NCBI GenBank assembly: GCA_036835995.1
Contig: DAITKX010000002.1
Location: 48,433-112,432, forward strand
DNA: 64,000 nt
Direction: 5' to 3'
From: Bacillota bacterium
GTDB taxonomy: Bacteria; Bacillota; Clostridia; Peptostreptococcales; Anaerovoracaceae
Part shown: positions 1 to 11,808 of the stretch, in pieces
How the letters are laid out: each line of letters opens with the position of its first letter
Numbering within the stretch: position 1 is the first letter of the stretch
The notes under the pieces: generated by a model
What the model saw: only the letters and a program-made list of their open reading frames with translations
Databases searched by the model: none
Told to the model about the DNA's origin: nothing
Translations under genes and position numbers: made by a program

Positions 1-96
1 AAAAGGGATTCCCATGATACAGATTTTCGCGTCGTCGATACGGCTTGCTCCCCACCTCAGCCAGGAATCGTTAAGCAGCTTTGAATTTTCCAACAT
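1..96 (-). CDS. 5' end of a probable arginase/agmatinase-family ureohydrolase (runs off window start)
   Basis: AAGGAG RBS then ATG at 96. Translation MLENSKLLNDSWLRWGASRIDDAKICIMGIPF ends in the hydrophobic-GIPF(D) motif typical of the agmatinase N-terminus. Not in ORF track. Confidence 0.5.
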   Translation of the reverse strand, partial: MLENSKLLNDSWLRWGASRIDDAKICIMGIPF

Positions 97-312
97 GTTG
101 ATTCTCCTTTTTATTTTAATTTATTGTATCATTCAGGATTGTAAAAATATATCCTTTTTTCTTAAAAAGCAGCTTCGCCACGCTGGGGCGCAGTTCCTTG
201 TGATCGATCCTTGGTTTCCGTCGCTGCTTCTTGACAGAGGTGAACATTATAAGATACACTTCAATAAAAGAAACAAGATACGGAAAAAAGATGAAAGGAA
301 AGGACGCATAAG

Positions 313-780
313 ATGTTCAGAAAAATGAGACTGGAAGAAAATCAGCTTTCTAAAGAGGAAGCGACGGAGATTTTGGAAGGAAATACAAACGGAGTGCTGG
401 CCCTGGACGGCGACGGGGGTTATACCTATGCCGTACCGCTCAGCTACGCCTATTCGGACGGAAAGCTGTTTTTCCACGGTGCGAAGGAAGGTCACAAGCT
501 GGACGCTATCAAAAGAAACGCCAGGGTGTCTTTCTGTGTCGTGGGTCAGGATAAAATTATTCCCAGCGAGTTTAATTCTCTATTCCTGAGCGTCATCGTG
601 TTCGGTGAAATTCGGGTGTTGGAGGGGGACGCAGAGCGGCAGCATGCGTTAGAAGTGATTTTAAGAAAATACTCCCCGGACTTCATGGAAGGCGGCAGAA
701 AATATATCAAGGCTCAATGGGACAATGTGATGGTCGCAGAGCTCCGCATCGAACATATGACTGGGAAAAAGGGCGTATAG
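313..780 (+). CDS. Pyridoxamine 5'-phosphate oxidase-like flavin-binding protein (NimA/nitroimidazole reductase family)
   Basis: MFRKMR start, GVLAL..YAVPLSY, FFHGAKEGHK, SVIVFG and HMTGK motifs. Confidence 0.8.
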   Translation: MFRKMRLEENQLSKEEATEILEGNTNGVLALDGDGGYTYAVPLSYAYSDGKLFFHGAKEGHKLDAIKRNARVSFCVVGQDKIIPSEFNSLFLSVIVFGEIRVLEGDAERQHALEVILRKYSPDFMEGGRKYIKAQWDNVMVAELRIEHMTGKKGV

Positions 781-888
781 CGGCGGCGGCCTTTCACTTA
801 TACGCAGAACGCTGCGTACAGCGGGACAGATTTCCGTCCGTCTTTCTCGCCAAAGTTCTTGAAAGATAGCCGGACGGAATAAAAAAAC

Positions 889-937
889 AGTTAAGTCAAG
901 AAAAATACGAAAATAACATATTTTTCTTGACTTAACT
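889..937 (-). terminator. Intrinsic terminator of the guaB-guaA-ydbC unit (possibly bidirectional)
   Basis: Perfect 19-bp inverted repeat AGTTAAGTCAAGAAAAATA / TATTTTTCTTGACTTAACT, followed by a T-run on the minus strand, between convergent genes. Confidence 0.75.
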
Positions 938-1001
938 ATACTATGTTTGACTATGCCTGTCGAAAGCTGCTCTACAGCTATGGAATCCGCATCGATAGAA
1001 G

Positions 1002-1223
1002 CTATAACTCCATCCCATTTAGAACATCCTTGATTTTCTTCAGTTCCTCATCGCTCAACGTAACCCCTTTGCCCATTTTATCATGTTCCGGTGACCAGTC
1101 ACGAATATCGTACTTGGCATCTTTATCATTCCAACTGACAAGATTCAGCTCCTTAGTCCAGCCTTTGGATGATTCTGAGAGGACTGCAAGGGTTTCCTTG
1201 ATTTCAAATTTTATATCCGGCAT
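1002..1223 (-). CDS. ydbC: YdbC/PC4-like ssDNA-binding protein
   Basis: GWTKELNLVSWN..KYDIRDWSPEHDKMGKGVTL signature. Confidence 0.88.
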   Translation of the reverse strand: MPDIKFEIKETLAVLSESSKGWTKELNLVSWNDKDAKYDIRDWSPEHDKMGKGVTLSDEELKKIKDVLNGMEL

Positions 1224-1237
1224 ATTTCAATCCTCCA

Positions 1238-2803
1238 CTACTCCCACTCTATCGTTGACGGTGGCTTGGATGTAATATCATAGACGATCCGGTTGACCCC
1301 CTTCACCTCATTCACAATCCGGTTGCTGATCTTCTCCAGCACGTCGTATGGGATACGGGCCCAGTCGGAGGTCATGCCGTCCACGGATGTTACGGCGCGG
1401 ATGCCCACGGTGTAGTCGTAGGTCCGGAAATCGCCCATTACGCCGACGCTGCGGATGTTGGGGAGCACGGTGAAGTACTGCCAGATTTCCCGCTCGAGGC
1501 CCGCAAGGCGGATTTCCTCCCGCAGAATCCAGTCGGACTCGCGAATGATGGAAAGCTTTTCTTCGGTGATCTCACCAAGGCAGCGGATGGCGAGGCCGGG
1601 GCCCGGGAATGGCTGACGCCACACGAGTTCGGGTGCGATCCCGATCTCCTCGCCAACCTTTCTCACCTCGTCCTTAAAGAGCAATCTCAGAGGCTCCAGG
1701 AGCTCCATCTTCATATCCTCGGGCAGGCCGCCCACGTTATGGTGGCTTTTGATGACCGCCGCTTCTCCGGTTCCGCTTTCCACCACGTCGGGGTAGATGG
1801 TCCCCTGAAGCAGAAAGTCGATGCCGCCCTCCTCTTCATAGAGCTTCTTTGATTCCTCTTCAAAGGTGCGGATGAACTCCGCGCCGATGATCTTCCGCTT
1901 GGTTTCCGGGTCGGAAACTCCGGCCAGCTTGCCAAGGAACTGCTCCTGGGCGTTGACCCTCTTTATTTTCATATGGAACTGTTTTCCGTAAACCTCCATG
2001 ACCTGGTCGCCCTCGTTCTTGCGGAGCAGGCCGTGATCCACAAAGATGCAGGTCAGATTGTCGCCGATGGCCTTATGGACCAAAACGGCGGCAACAGAGG
2101 AATCCACGCCGCCGGAAAGAGCACAGAGCACTTTCTTATCTCCGACGATGTTCCTGATCTCCTCGATCTTCGTCTTGGCGAAGTTTGACATGGTCCAGGT
2201 TGGTTCGCAGCCGCAGACGTCATACAGGAAGTTCTTCAGGAGATCCTGGCCGAAGGGCGTGTGATGAACCTCCGGGTGAAACTGAACCGCATACAGTTTT
2301 TTCTCCGCGTTCTCCATGGAGGCGGTGGGGCAGTTCTCCGTATAGGAGGAGACCACAAAGCCTTCCGGAACCTCCTTGATATAGTCCGTATGGCTCATCC
2401 AGCAGATGCTTTCATCGGCAATATTTGTGAAGAGCAGGCTGTTGCAGGTCCTGTCCGCCGCGCCGCTTCCGTGGAGCAGCTTGACCCTGCCGTATTCCTT
2501 ATAGTCCGGGCTCAGGACTTCGCCGCCCAGGACATGGGCCATGAGCTGGGCGCCGTAGCAGATCCCCAGAATCGGGATCCCCATTTCGAAGAGCTCTTTT
2601 GAGATAGTCGGCGCGCCCTCTTCATAAACGCTGGCGGGCCCTCCCGTAAAGATGATTCCCATGGGCCTGCTTTCCCTGACTCTTTCCACGCATTTCGAAT
2701 AGGGAACTATTTCGCAGTAAACATTGGCTTCCCTGACCCTTCGCGCAATCAGCTGATTGTACTGGCCTCCGAAGTCAACTACAAAAATACCGTTAAAATC
2801 CAT
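1238..2803 (-). CDS. guaA: GMP synthase (glutamine-hydrolysing)
   Basis: [39 protein letters not shown]. Confidence 0.98.
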   Translation of the reverse strand: MDFNGIFVVDFGGQYNQLIARRVREANVYCEIVPYSKCVERVRESRPMGIIFTGGPASVYEEGAPTISKELFEMGIPILGICYGAQLMAHVLGGEVLSPDYKEYGRVKLLHGSGAADRTCNSLLFTNIADESICWMSHTDYIKEVPEGFVVSSYTENCPTASMENAEKKLYAVQFHPEVHHTPFGQDLLKNFLYDVCGCEPTWTMSNFAKTKIEEIRNIVGDKKVLCALSGGVDSSVAAVLVHKAIGDNLTCIFVDHGLLRKNEGDQVMEVYGKQFHMKIKRVNAQEQFLGKLAGVSDPETKRKIIGAEFIRTFEEESKKLYEEEGGIDFLLQGTIYPDVVESGTGEAAVIKSHHNVGGLPEDMKMELLEPLRLLFKDEVRKVGEEIGIAPELVWRQPFPGPGLAIRCLGEITEEKLSIIRESDWILREEIRLAGLEREIWQYFTVLPNIRSVGVMGDFRTYDYTVGIRAVTSVDGMTSDWARIPYDVLEKISNRIVNEVKGVNRIVYDITSKPPSTIEWE

Positions 2804-2868
2804 TCTTTTAATCTTATCCTTTCAAATATGATCCCGCCAAAGTAATCGGCGCAAATTCGCGGCAACTA

Positions 2869-4377
2869 TTACCTGACCTGGGTTGCGGTGGTCTCCTTCA
2901 GAATCACGTCGTGTGCCCCGCCCTCCACGATGCTGGTGGATGAGACCAGGGTAAGCTTCGTATCCTTTTGAAGGTCCGGAATATTCAGGACTCCGCAGTT
3001 GCACATGGTGGATTTCACCTTGTTCAGGGAAAGGGTCACGTTATCCTTCAGGGAACCCGCGTAGGGCACGTAGGAATCCACGCCTTCCTCAAAGGAAAGC
3101 CTTCCGTCGCCGCCAAGATCGTAGCGCTGCCAGTTCCTCGCCCGGTTGGAGCCCTCGCCCCAGTATTCCTTCACGTAATTTCCGTTAATGTTGAGCTTGT
3201 TTGTGGGGCTCTCGTCGAAACGGGCGAAATACCTTCCCAGCATGAGGAAGTCAGCCCCCATGGCAAGAGCCAGAGTCATATGGTAATCGTATACGATACC
3301 GCCGTCGGAACAAATCGGTATGTATATACCCGTTTTTTCATAATATTCATTTCTGGCCTCCGCGACTTCGATGACCGCCGTAGCCTGGCCCCGGCCGATG
3401 CCCTTCTGCTCTCTGGTGATACAGATGGAACCGCCGCCGATCCCGACCTTAACAAAGTCGGCCCCCGCTTCCGCGAGATAGAGAAATCCTTCCTTGTCGA
3501 TGACGTTTCCGGCGCCGATCTTCACATCATCGCCGTAGTGATCTCTGACAAAGTTGATGGTGTCCTTCTGCCACTCGGAATATCCCTCCGAGGAATCGAT
3601 GCAGAGCACGTCCGCCCCGGCCTGAACCAGCGCGGGGATTCTCTCCTTATAATCCCGGGTATTGACTCCGGCGCCCACCATATATCTTTTGCCGCTGTCC
3701 AGAAGTTCATTGGGGTTTGCTTTATGGGAATCGTAATCCTTGCGGAAAACGAAATAGATCAGTCTTTGACTTTTATCGATGATAGGAAGGGCGTTCAGTT
3801 TGTGATCCCAAAGCATGTCGTTGGCTTCCGAAAGAGTGATGCCTTCATTGGCGTACACAAGGGAGGAAAACGGGGTCATAATCTCCGAAACCTTAGTGTC
3901 CGGGGACATTCTGCTGACGCGGTAATCCCTGCTGGTCACGATTCCGAGAATCCTGCCTTCCGCCGTGCCGTCGTCGGTGACCGCTACGGTGGAATGACCG
4001 CTTCGCTCTTTCAATTCCAAAATATCCTTCAGCATCTGGTCCGGCCGCAGGTTGGAATCACTCCTGACAAAGCCCGCCTTATGGCTCTTGACCCGCCTCA
4101 CCATCGCCGCCTGTCCCTCAATGGGCTGGGACGCAAAAATAAACGAAATTCCACCTTCCTTTGCCAGAGCGACCGCCAGCTTATCGTCGGAAACCGACTG
4201 CATGATCGCAGACACCAGTGGAATATTCATCGTGATTTTCGATTCTTCCCCTTTTTTAAACTTCACAACAGGGGTTTTTAAACTGACATTTTCCACTTTG
4301 CACTCTTTGGACGAATATCCCGGTACCAGGAGATATTCGCTGAAGGTGCGCGATGGTTCTTGAAAGTAAAACGCCAT
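2869..4377 (-). CDS. guaB: IMP dehydrogenase with CBS domains
   Basis: [13 protein letters not shown] catalytic loop. Start moved to ATG 4377 (MAFYFQEPS) after AGGAGG RBS. Confidence 0.96.
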   Translation of the reverse strand: MAFYFQEPSRTFSEYLLVPGYSSKECKVENVSLKTPVVKFKKGEESKITMNIPLVSAIMQSVSDDKLAVALAKEGGISFIFASQPIEGQAAMVRRVKSHKAGFVRSDSNLRPDQMLKDILELKERSGHSTVAVTDDGTAEGRILGIVTSRDYRVSRMSPDTKVSEIMTPFSSLVYANEGITLSEANDMLWDHKLNALPIIDKSQRLIYFVFRKDYDSHKANPNELLDSGKRYMVGAGVNTRDYKERIPALVQAGADVLCIDSSEGYSEWQKDTINFVRDHYGDDVKIGAGNVIDKEGFLYLAEAGADFVKVGIGGGSICITREQKGIGRGQATAVIEVAEARNEYYEKTGIYIPICSDGGIVYDYHMTLALAMGADFLMLGRYFARFDESPTNKLNINGNYVKEYWGEGSNRARNWQRYDLGGDGRLSFEEGVDSYVPYAGSLKDNVTLSLNKVKSTMCNCGVLNIPDLQKDTKLTLVSSTSIVEGGAHDVILKETTATQVR

Positions 4378-4436
4378 TCCTTTATCCTCCTTTATCGACT
4401 GCCGGCGCACTATTCCGCGCCGGCCATGCTCAAATT

Positions 4437-5303
4437 TCATTCAATCTCGTTTTTCAGCAGGTACTCTTCCAAAGTCAGGCCCTGCTCATAAATTTCTTTG
4501 GCCGCGGTCAGTCCCACATACCGGATATGCCACGGTTCATACTGGTAACCCGTGATATTTTCCTTGCCCTGAAGGAACCGGAGAATGAATCCGAACCGGT
4601 ACGCGTTATTCGCAAGCCACTTTCCTTCCGCCGTCTTCCCGTAATCATTGGAAAGCTGATAATCCACGCTGGGCGAGGAAACGTCGACGGAAAGTCCGGT
4701 CTGATGTTCGCTTTGTCCCGGTTTTGCGCTGTAGGTATTGGCCTTTTCCTCCCCTTCCTTCTTCACATAGCTGTCGAAGAGGATCTTTTGGAAGTTGTAG
4801 GAACGGTACGCGGTGGTCATCTTGATAACGACGCCCTCCTCCGCAGCCTTTTCCACAAGCATGTCGAAGGCTTCCGCGGCCTCGGCTCTCATATATCTCG
4901 CCGCCTTGTCGCGGTCCGGGGCATAATATTTGACTTCCGACAAATCGTCCGGTTTGTAGTTCTGATCGACGGGATGCTCCTTGTTCACCAGAATCAGCAA
5001 GCCCTTCGCTTTGGCTTCTTCCAGCGCCTTTTCCCTGTTTGGATCGTCCGGGGTCGGATAACCGTTTCCGCCGTCCTGACCCTTCGGCTCTTCCGGACCT
5101 TCATTGCCCTGGCCGGGCTGCTGTCCGCCGCTCTGATCCGGCCGGCCCCCGCCGGGAAGATCATTGCTGCCGATAACCGCGGGCGGTTTGGCGTTTCCGT
5201 CGAAGGATTGAAAATTTCCAGAGCTGCTTGTGGTCCAAACAAAGATTTCTATCAAAAAAAGCGCGATTACTATGATCGTCTTGATTTTTTTCTCATTTTG
5301 CAT
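4437..5303 (-). CDS. Membrane-anchored M15B carboxypeptidase (VanY/LdcB-like)
   Basis: N-terminal TM helix, low-complexity linker, [14 protein letters not shown] and [10 protein letters not shown] motifs. Confidence 0.9.
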   Translation of the reverse strand: MQNEKKIKTIIVIALFLIEIFVWTTSSSGNFQSFDGNAKPPAVIGSNDLPGGGRPDQSGGQQPGQGNEGPEEPKGQDGGNGYPTPDDPNREKALEEAKAKGLLILVNKEHPVDQNYKPDDLSEVKYYAPDRDKAARYMRAEAAEAFDMLVEKAAEEGVVIKMTTAYRSYNFQKILFDSYVKKEGEEKANTYSAKPGQSEHQTGLSVDVSSPSVDYQLSNDYGKTAEGKWLANNAYRFGFILRFLQGKENITGYQYEPWHIRYVGLTAAKEIYEQGLTLEEYLLKNEIE

Positions 5304-5494
5304 GTCGTTTTATCCTGTAGTCTGTCATCGAATGGTATTACAATAAGTATGTAAAGATTTCCTGCTGTTTAATCCCTATAAATTGAAATCTGTATTAAGA
5401 TATTTTACATTAAAAGTCGACATATTACAACAGGAAAAAGTCAGCAGGCGAACCCCGACAAATAGACCCTTGAGGGAGCCCGAAAAGAAAAAAT

Positions 5495-5518
5495 GAAGGA
5501 CAGATTGCTCTGTCCTTC
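5495..5518 (-). terminator. Intrinsic terminator of groESL
   Basis: GAAGGACAGA-4-TCTGTCCTTC stem followed by a T-rich tract on the minus strand. Confidence 0.8.
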
Positions 5519-5556
5519 GAAAAAACATCTATTGTTCGACTTGTCTGGCGGTCGGG

Positions 5557-7209
<1,653 letters not shown>

Positions 7210-7258
7210 CTATTGTTTAATGATCAGCCCGCGGTTTCGCGAGGCAAATGTCGAAATT

Positions 7259-7546
7259 TTATTTATCTACGATAGCGAGAATATCCTTCTGAGACAGGAT
7301 GGTGTAGTCTTCACCCTCATATTTGATCTCGGTACCTGCGTACTTTGAAAAAATGACTAAATCCCCAACCTTGACTTCCATCGGGACTATCTTTCCATCC
7401 TCTGTCGCTCCTGGGCCCGCAGCGACGATTTCGGCCATCTGAGGCTGTTCTTTCGCATTACCCGGCAATACGATACCGCTCTTGGTTTTTTCCTCCGCCT
7501 CTAATCTCTTAATAACAACTCTGTCGCCTAATGGTTTGATGTTCAT
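7259..7546 (-). CDS. groS: Co-chaperonin GroES
   Basis: [18 protein letters not shown]; adjacent to groL. Confidence 0.99.
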   Translation of the reverse strand: MNIKPLGDRVVIKRLEAEEKTKSGIVLPGNAKEQPQMAEIVAAGPGATEDGKIVPMEVKVGDLVIFSKYAGTEIKYEGEDYTILSQKDILAIVDK

Positions 7547-7601
7547 TCTTTACAATCTCCTCTCCTTGTTTGTTATTTATGTTTATTTCTTTATTAACTT
7601 G

Positions 7602-7628
7602 TTAGCACTCAATATCGGTGAGTGCTAA
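7602..7628. promoter_or_regulatory. CIRCE element (HrcA operator) upstream of groES
   Basis: Exact TTAGCACTC-N9-GAGTGCTAA. A minus-strand TTGACA at 7656-7661 lies just upstream. Confidence 0.97.
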
Positions 7629-7680
7629 ATCTAATTTAATACGGCGCGCTCCAATTGTCAATAGGTTTTTCCAAAAATTC

Positions 7681-8367
7681 TTAAAAAATGGCACTCTGAA
7701 TCGCAATGAACAGCCACGGCAGAAAAATCGCCGGAATCATGTTGGCGACCTTGATCTCTTTGATCTCAAAAAAGTTGAAGCCCAGGGCTGCGATGAGCAG
7801 GCTCCCTACGGCGGACATCTCCGAGATGATCTCCGGCGTCAGCCAATCCTTGATAGAGCTCGCTCCAAGAGCGATGGCGCTTTCATACAGAAAAACCGGC
7901 ACCGCGGAGAAGGCGACCCCTATCCCCATGGTGGATCCGAACACGACGGCGGTAACGCCGTCCAGGACGGATTTCGCAAAGAGCATTTCGTGATTTCCCT
8001 GCAAGCCGCTCTGCATTGAGCCGATGATGGCCATGGAGCCGGTACAGTACAGGATGCTGGCGGCGACAAACCCCTTTGCAAAGTTGCCCTCTCCGAATCC
8101 GAATCTCCTTTCCGCCCAGTGTCCCAACGCGGTCATTCCTTTTTCAATATTGATCCATTCTCCCAGAATGCTGCCCACAACCATGCTTATGATGAGGATC
8201 ATCACGTGCTTGCTTTCCAGAGAGCCGGAAATTCCTATGTATATGACGGCCAGCCCGATGGCTGTTTTTATGATCGATTCAAATCGGTCCGGCAGACCCC
8301 TGATAAGAAATTTGCCTGCCAGAGCGCAGATAATAATTGCGATTCCGTTTACCGCTGGTCCTAACAT
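7681..8367 (-). CDS. DUF554 (YdfK/YqgA-like) membrane protein
   Basis: FAKGFV.ASILYCTGSMAIIGS, KSVLDG, IKVANMIPA motifs; multiple TM segments. Confidence 0.88.
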   Translation of the reverse strand: MLGPAVNGIAIIICALAGKFLIRGLPDRFESIIKTAIGLAVIYIGISGSLESKHVMILIISMVVGSILGEWINIEKGMTALGHWAERRFGFGEGNFAKGFVAASILYCTGSMAIIGSMQSGLQGNHEMLFAKSVLDGVTAVVFGSTMGIGVAFSAVPVFLYESAIALGASSIKDWLTPEIISEMSAVGSLLIAALGFNFFEIKEIKVANMIPAIFLPWLFIAIQSAIF

Positions 8368-8389
8368 TGCTTCCTCCTCTGTTTCGACT

Positions 8390-9265
8390 TTAATCCAATC
8401 CCAGCTCCCGTGCGTAATAGAAAAGGTATTGCTGGGCGATGCCCCCGTATCCGCCGAAGTGCTCCGCGGCGTACTCCTGCATCCCCTTCAGATTTCCCTC
8501 TTCGATATGATAGATCCGGTTCATCACGCGCTTGATCCAGACGTCCAGCGGAAAGCTTTCATATTTCCCCATGGAAAACAGCATGATGCAGTTTGCCACC
8601 TTTGGCCCGACTCCGGAGAGGCTCAGAAGATACTGATACGCTTCTTCCAGGCTGGCTTCGCCCAGGCTGCTCAGCGTCTTCCCCCCGTCCTCCGCGATTT
8701 GCTTTGCGGTTCCGACAATATATTGTGTCCGATATCCCAGCCTGCATGTATCCAATTCGTCGGTTGCCAGCCGGGCCAGCGCTTCGGGTGCGGGAAACGC
8801 GTAGCGCATCTTGCCCCTGTACATCCCGACGGGGCTGCCGTGGGCCGCACAGAGGCTTTCCACACACTTCCTGATCCGCGCAATGTTGTTGTTCTGGGAC
8901 AGGATGAATGAAATCAAAGTTTCCCACTTTTCCTGCTGCAGGATCCTCATGCCGCCTCCGTACCCGATGGCCTGTCCCATGGCGGGATCCCCGGCAGTCA
9001 GTTTTTCCTTGATGGCGCCGTAGTCCCGGCCGAGATCCAGATAGTTTTGCCAGATTTCGTGAAAGTCCTTCAGGGTGGCGTTATCCAGAATGAGAACCCC
9101 GTCGGCATAGGCGATATTTACCGCCTTTCCGAAGGCGACTCCGGTATAGCTGCCGTCGGCCTCCCGGTTCCAGCGAAAACACTGCCCGTTATCGAAAGTA
9201 TGTTCCAGACGGAAGTCTTTTACTCCGTCGATGATGATTCTGTTATTGTTTTCTGTTATGTTCAT
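8390..9265 (-). CDS. 8-oxoguanine DNA glycosylase (Ogg1-like, HhH-GPD)
   Basis: TFDNGQCFRW, LISFILSQNNNI.RI, HhH LSGVGPKVA, FPLDVW. Confidence 0.9.
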   Translation of the reverse strand: MNITENNNRIIIDGVKDFRLEHTFDNGQCFRWNREADGSYTGVAFGKAVNIAYADGVLILDNATLKDFHEIWQNYLDLGRDYGAIKEKLTAGDPAMGQAIGYGGGMRILQQEKWETLISFILSQNNNIARIRKCVESLCAAHGSPVGMYRGKMRYAFPAPEALARLATDELDTCRLGYRTQYIVGTAKQIAEDGGKTLSSLGEASLEEAYQYLLSLSGVGPKVANCIMLFSMGKYESFPLDVWIKRVMNRIYHIEEGNLKGMQEYAAEHFGGYGGIAQQYLFYYARELGLD

Positions 9266-9296
9266 AATTTCTTTCTTGATCCTGCCGGCCGTCCCG

Positions 9297-10103
9297 CTAT
9301 TTCAGCCCTTTGATCTCGATATCGACGGCTTTGATGTGAAAGGCCGTCATATTTTCCACGCTCTTTATCACAGTCCTCTGGAGCTGCCGGCTCACGTCAA
9401 TGATCCTGAAACCGAACCTGCAGATCAAAGAAATGCTGATTTTCATTCCTTCCGCGTTGTTTTCGATGGAAACCTTGGGCACCGAATCCACGCCCTCCGT
9501 TTTCTCACCCAGATAGTATACCACATCTCCTATGACCTTGTCAGAAATAGAATAACCTCCGAGATAGCTGTAAGTCGGGCGCACCACCGTCTTTTCCGAA
9601 ACGGAGACCCTTCCGCCCCGCCATCCTCTGATGATCCTCATAGGGTCCAGAAAATATCCGGAAAATTCGCGTTTGAGCTGGAACGTCGGCACCGGAATGA
9701 TGTGCTTTCCCAGCTCATGCCGCTGCTTATGCGCGGTTTCCCGCTCCTCATCGGTGGTGATATCTTCAATATGGATAATTTTTTCCGGCTGGGCCAGGCC
9801 CAGCCTTTCATGAATCCGGTTCACCATCTTCTCCGAAGTGCCAAGAATCAACAGAGATGCGGGGGAAACCTCCCTGATCTTCTCTGCCACCGCGCGGCGG
9901 TGCTCCTCATCGGTGAAAAGAGCCGTCTTTATCGCGGCGACCTTTGTGCTCTGGCGTTTTGCCGAGGTCCCTTCCAGAATGGAGTTCCCGTAAATGAACA
10001 GGCCGTCGTCGATGATGCTTTCGATATTCATCTCCTTGCACAGATTCATGGCCTGATAGCTTTTCCCCGTTCCGCTTTTTCCAACGAGACCGTAGACTTT
10101 CAT
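9297..10103 (-). CDS. P-loop NTPase fused to a C-terminal Asp23/Gls24-like domain
   Basis: GKSGTGKS Walker A. C-terminal ...LQRTVIKSVENMTAFHIKAVDIEIKG resembles Asp23. Confidence 0.7.
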   Translation of the reverse strand: MKVYGLVGKSGTGKSYQAMNLCKEMNIESIIDDGLFIYGNSILEGTSAKRQSTKVAAIKTALFTDEEHRRAVAEKIREVSPASLLILGTSEKMVNRIHERLGLAQPEKIIHIEDITTDEERETAHKQRHELGKHIIPVPTFQLKREFSGYFLDPMRIIRGWRGGRVSVSEKTVVRPTYSYLGGYSISDKVIGDVVYYLGEKTEGVDSVPKVSIENNAEGMKISISLICRFGFRIIDVSRQLQRTVIKSVENMTAFHIKAVDIEIKGLK

Positions 10104-10215
10104 CGTTTACCTCAAACTTTCTTAAATTTTTATTGCCGATCATAGCCGAGGCAGGATTGCGGCCGTGATTAGCAACAGATTTTTAACTTTCCGATTTCAA
10201 CTTTCTGATTTCTAC

Positions 10216-10244
10216 TTGTTAAATTGACAAGCTTCTGGTATAAT
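10216..10244 (+). promoter_or_regulatory. SigA promoter of ferredoxin
   Basis: TTGTTA-17-TATAAT with TG extension. Confidence 0.65.
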
Positions 10245-10271
10245 TATTCTACTTGTTTAATTCACTATTGA

Positions 10272-10457
<186 letters not shown>

Positions 10458-10497
10458 TATTTATCATAAAGACCCTATTGGTCCTAGTAAAAGAATG

Positions 10498-10531
10498 AAT
10501 AACCGTTTCCTTTCGAAACGGTTATTTTTTT
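10498..10531 (+). terminator. Intrinsic terminator after ferredoxin
   Basis: AATAACCGTTTC / GAAACGGTTATT stem plus T-run. Confidence 0.85.
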
Positions 10532-10650
10532 ACGGAAATTCCCCGGAATACTGTCGGCTGGAATTTTCCGTTCATCTCATTTTAAGTTTTAGGGTCAAAT
10601 GGGGTCAAAATTTCAGGCTTGCGTTCTCAAGGTTCTATTCTTTTTCCAGC

Positions 10651-11304
10651 CTATTCCTTGTCCTTCTCGTTCTGCATGTTGCGATTGATGTAGTACACAA
10701 GAGAATGGAGGCTGTCGCTCAGATGCACATTCTCCAGCGCGACGCTGTCGTTTACATTGAGATCCGTCGGGGCAAAGTTCCATATTCCCTTGACGCCGCC
10801 GGCGCAAAGCTTGTCGACGACCTCCTGAGCGCTGTCCTTGTTGGTGCAGACGATGCCGATATCGATGGGATTTTCCTGCAAAAAGCTCTCCAGCTCCTCA
10901 TAGTCCAAAACCTCGATGTCGTTGATCCTCAGACCGATGAGCCGGGGATTTACGTCAAACATGGCGGAAACGATGAAACCGGATTTATAGTAATGTGTGT
11001 AGTTTGCTATGGCCTGGCCCAAGTTGCCAGCCCCAAGGATGATCATCCTGTACTCCCGGTCCAGGCCGAGAATCGAGGTGATTTCATTGTAAAGACTCTG
11101 TATATTGTATCCATATCCCTGCTGCCCAAAGCCTCCGAAATTGTTTAAATCCTGTCTGATCTGAGACGCGGTATAACCAATCAGATTGCTGAGCTCATTG
11201 GATGAAATTCTATCCACATTCTTATTTTGAAGATCGGCCAGGTACCGCAGGTATCTGGGCAGTCTCTTAATTACCGCACTTGAAATCTTTGAGTTATCCT
11301 TCAT
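10651..11304 (-). CDS. rex: Redox-sensing transcriptional repressor Rex
   Basis: RLPRYLR, QIRQDLNNFGGFGQQGYGY, GAGNLG, IWNFAP. Confidence 0.97.
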   Translation of the reverse strand: MKDNSKISSAVIKRLPRYLRYLADLQNKNVDRISSNELSNLIGYTASQIRQDLNNFGGFGQQGYGYNIQSLYNEITSILGLDREYRMIILGAGNLGQAIANYTHYYKSGFIVSAMFDVNPRLIGLRINDIEVLDYEELESFLQENPIDIGIVCTNKDSAQEVVDKLCAGGVKGIWNFAPTDLNVNDSVALENVHLSDSLHSLVYYINRNMQNEKDKE

Positions 11305-11330
11305 TATTCCTTCTCTCTTATCTTTAAATT

Positions 11331-11348
11331 TTGTGAATATTATAACAC
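11331..11348. promoter_or_regulatory. Putative Rex operator (autoregulation)
   Basis: TTGTGAA-tatt-ATAACAC resembles TTGTGAA-N4-TTCACAA; 26 bp upstream of the rex start. Confidence 0.55.
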
Positions 11349-11427
11349 TTTATTGCGTTTCATTCAACGATAAAATTGAACGAAAAATTTCACCCCGGCT
11401 GTGCCGGGGAATTTACCGCACTTGAAG

Positions 11428-11453
11428 GAAAAACCCGCGGCTGCGGGTTTTTC
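11428..11453 (-). terminator. Terminator after acpP
   Basis: GAAAAACCCGC-4-GCGGGTTTTTC. Confidence 0.75.
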
Positions 11454-11464
11454 TCGGAAATATA

Positions 11465-11695
11465 TCAGTTTACCTTTTCTTCGACATACTTTACAATATC
11501 TCCGACATTCTGGAACTTCTCAGCCTCTTCGTCGGGAACTTCGATTTCAAATTCGTCTTCGATCGCCATGATGATTTCTACTGCGTCCAGCGAGTCCGCT
11601 TCCAAGTCTTTCATAAGGCTTGTCTCAAGAGTAACGGCTGATTCATCTACACCTAACTGCTCAACGATAATCTCTCTTATTTTTTCAAATGTCAT
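11465..11695 (-). CDS. acpP: Acyl carrier protein
   Basis: [20 protein letters not shown] phosphopantetheine motif. Confidence 0.97.
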   Translation of the reverse strand: MTFEKIREIIVEQLGVDESAVTLETSLMKDLEADSLDAVEIIMAIEDEFEIEVPDEEAEKFQNVGDIVKYVEEKVN

Positions 11696-11808
11696 GTTTT
11701 ACCTCCATGTTTTTAAGCAATTTGAACGATTCTAGCCTTTAATTCCAGCTATGCTCAAACCTATTATAAGTTACTGTATTCAATACTGCAATAACTTTTT
11801 TATTTTTT

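Noticed and set aside
2968..4281. Long antisense ORFs (437 aa here; similar ones at 4353-5354, 22382-23368, 31487-32689, 33901-35310)
   Set aside because: Shadow ORFs opposite well-supported genes in GC-rich DNA; no motifs or RBS
4437..5303. Vancomycin-resistance vanY
   Set aside because: No van cluster nearby; typical housekeeping M15B carboxypeptidase
10216..10230. Rex operator at the ferredoxin promoter (TTGTTAAATTGACAA)
   Set aside because: The palindrome is 15 bp rather than the 18-bp Rex spacing
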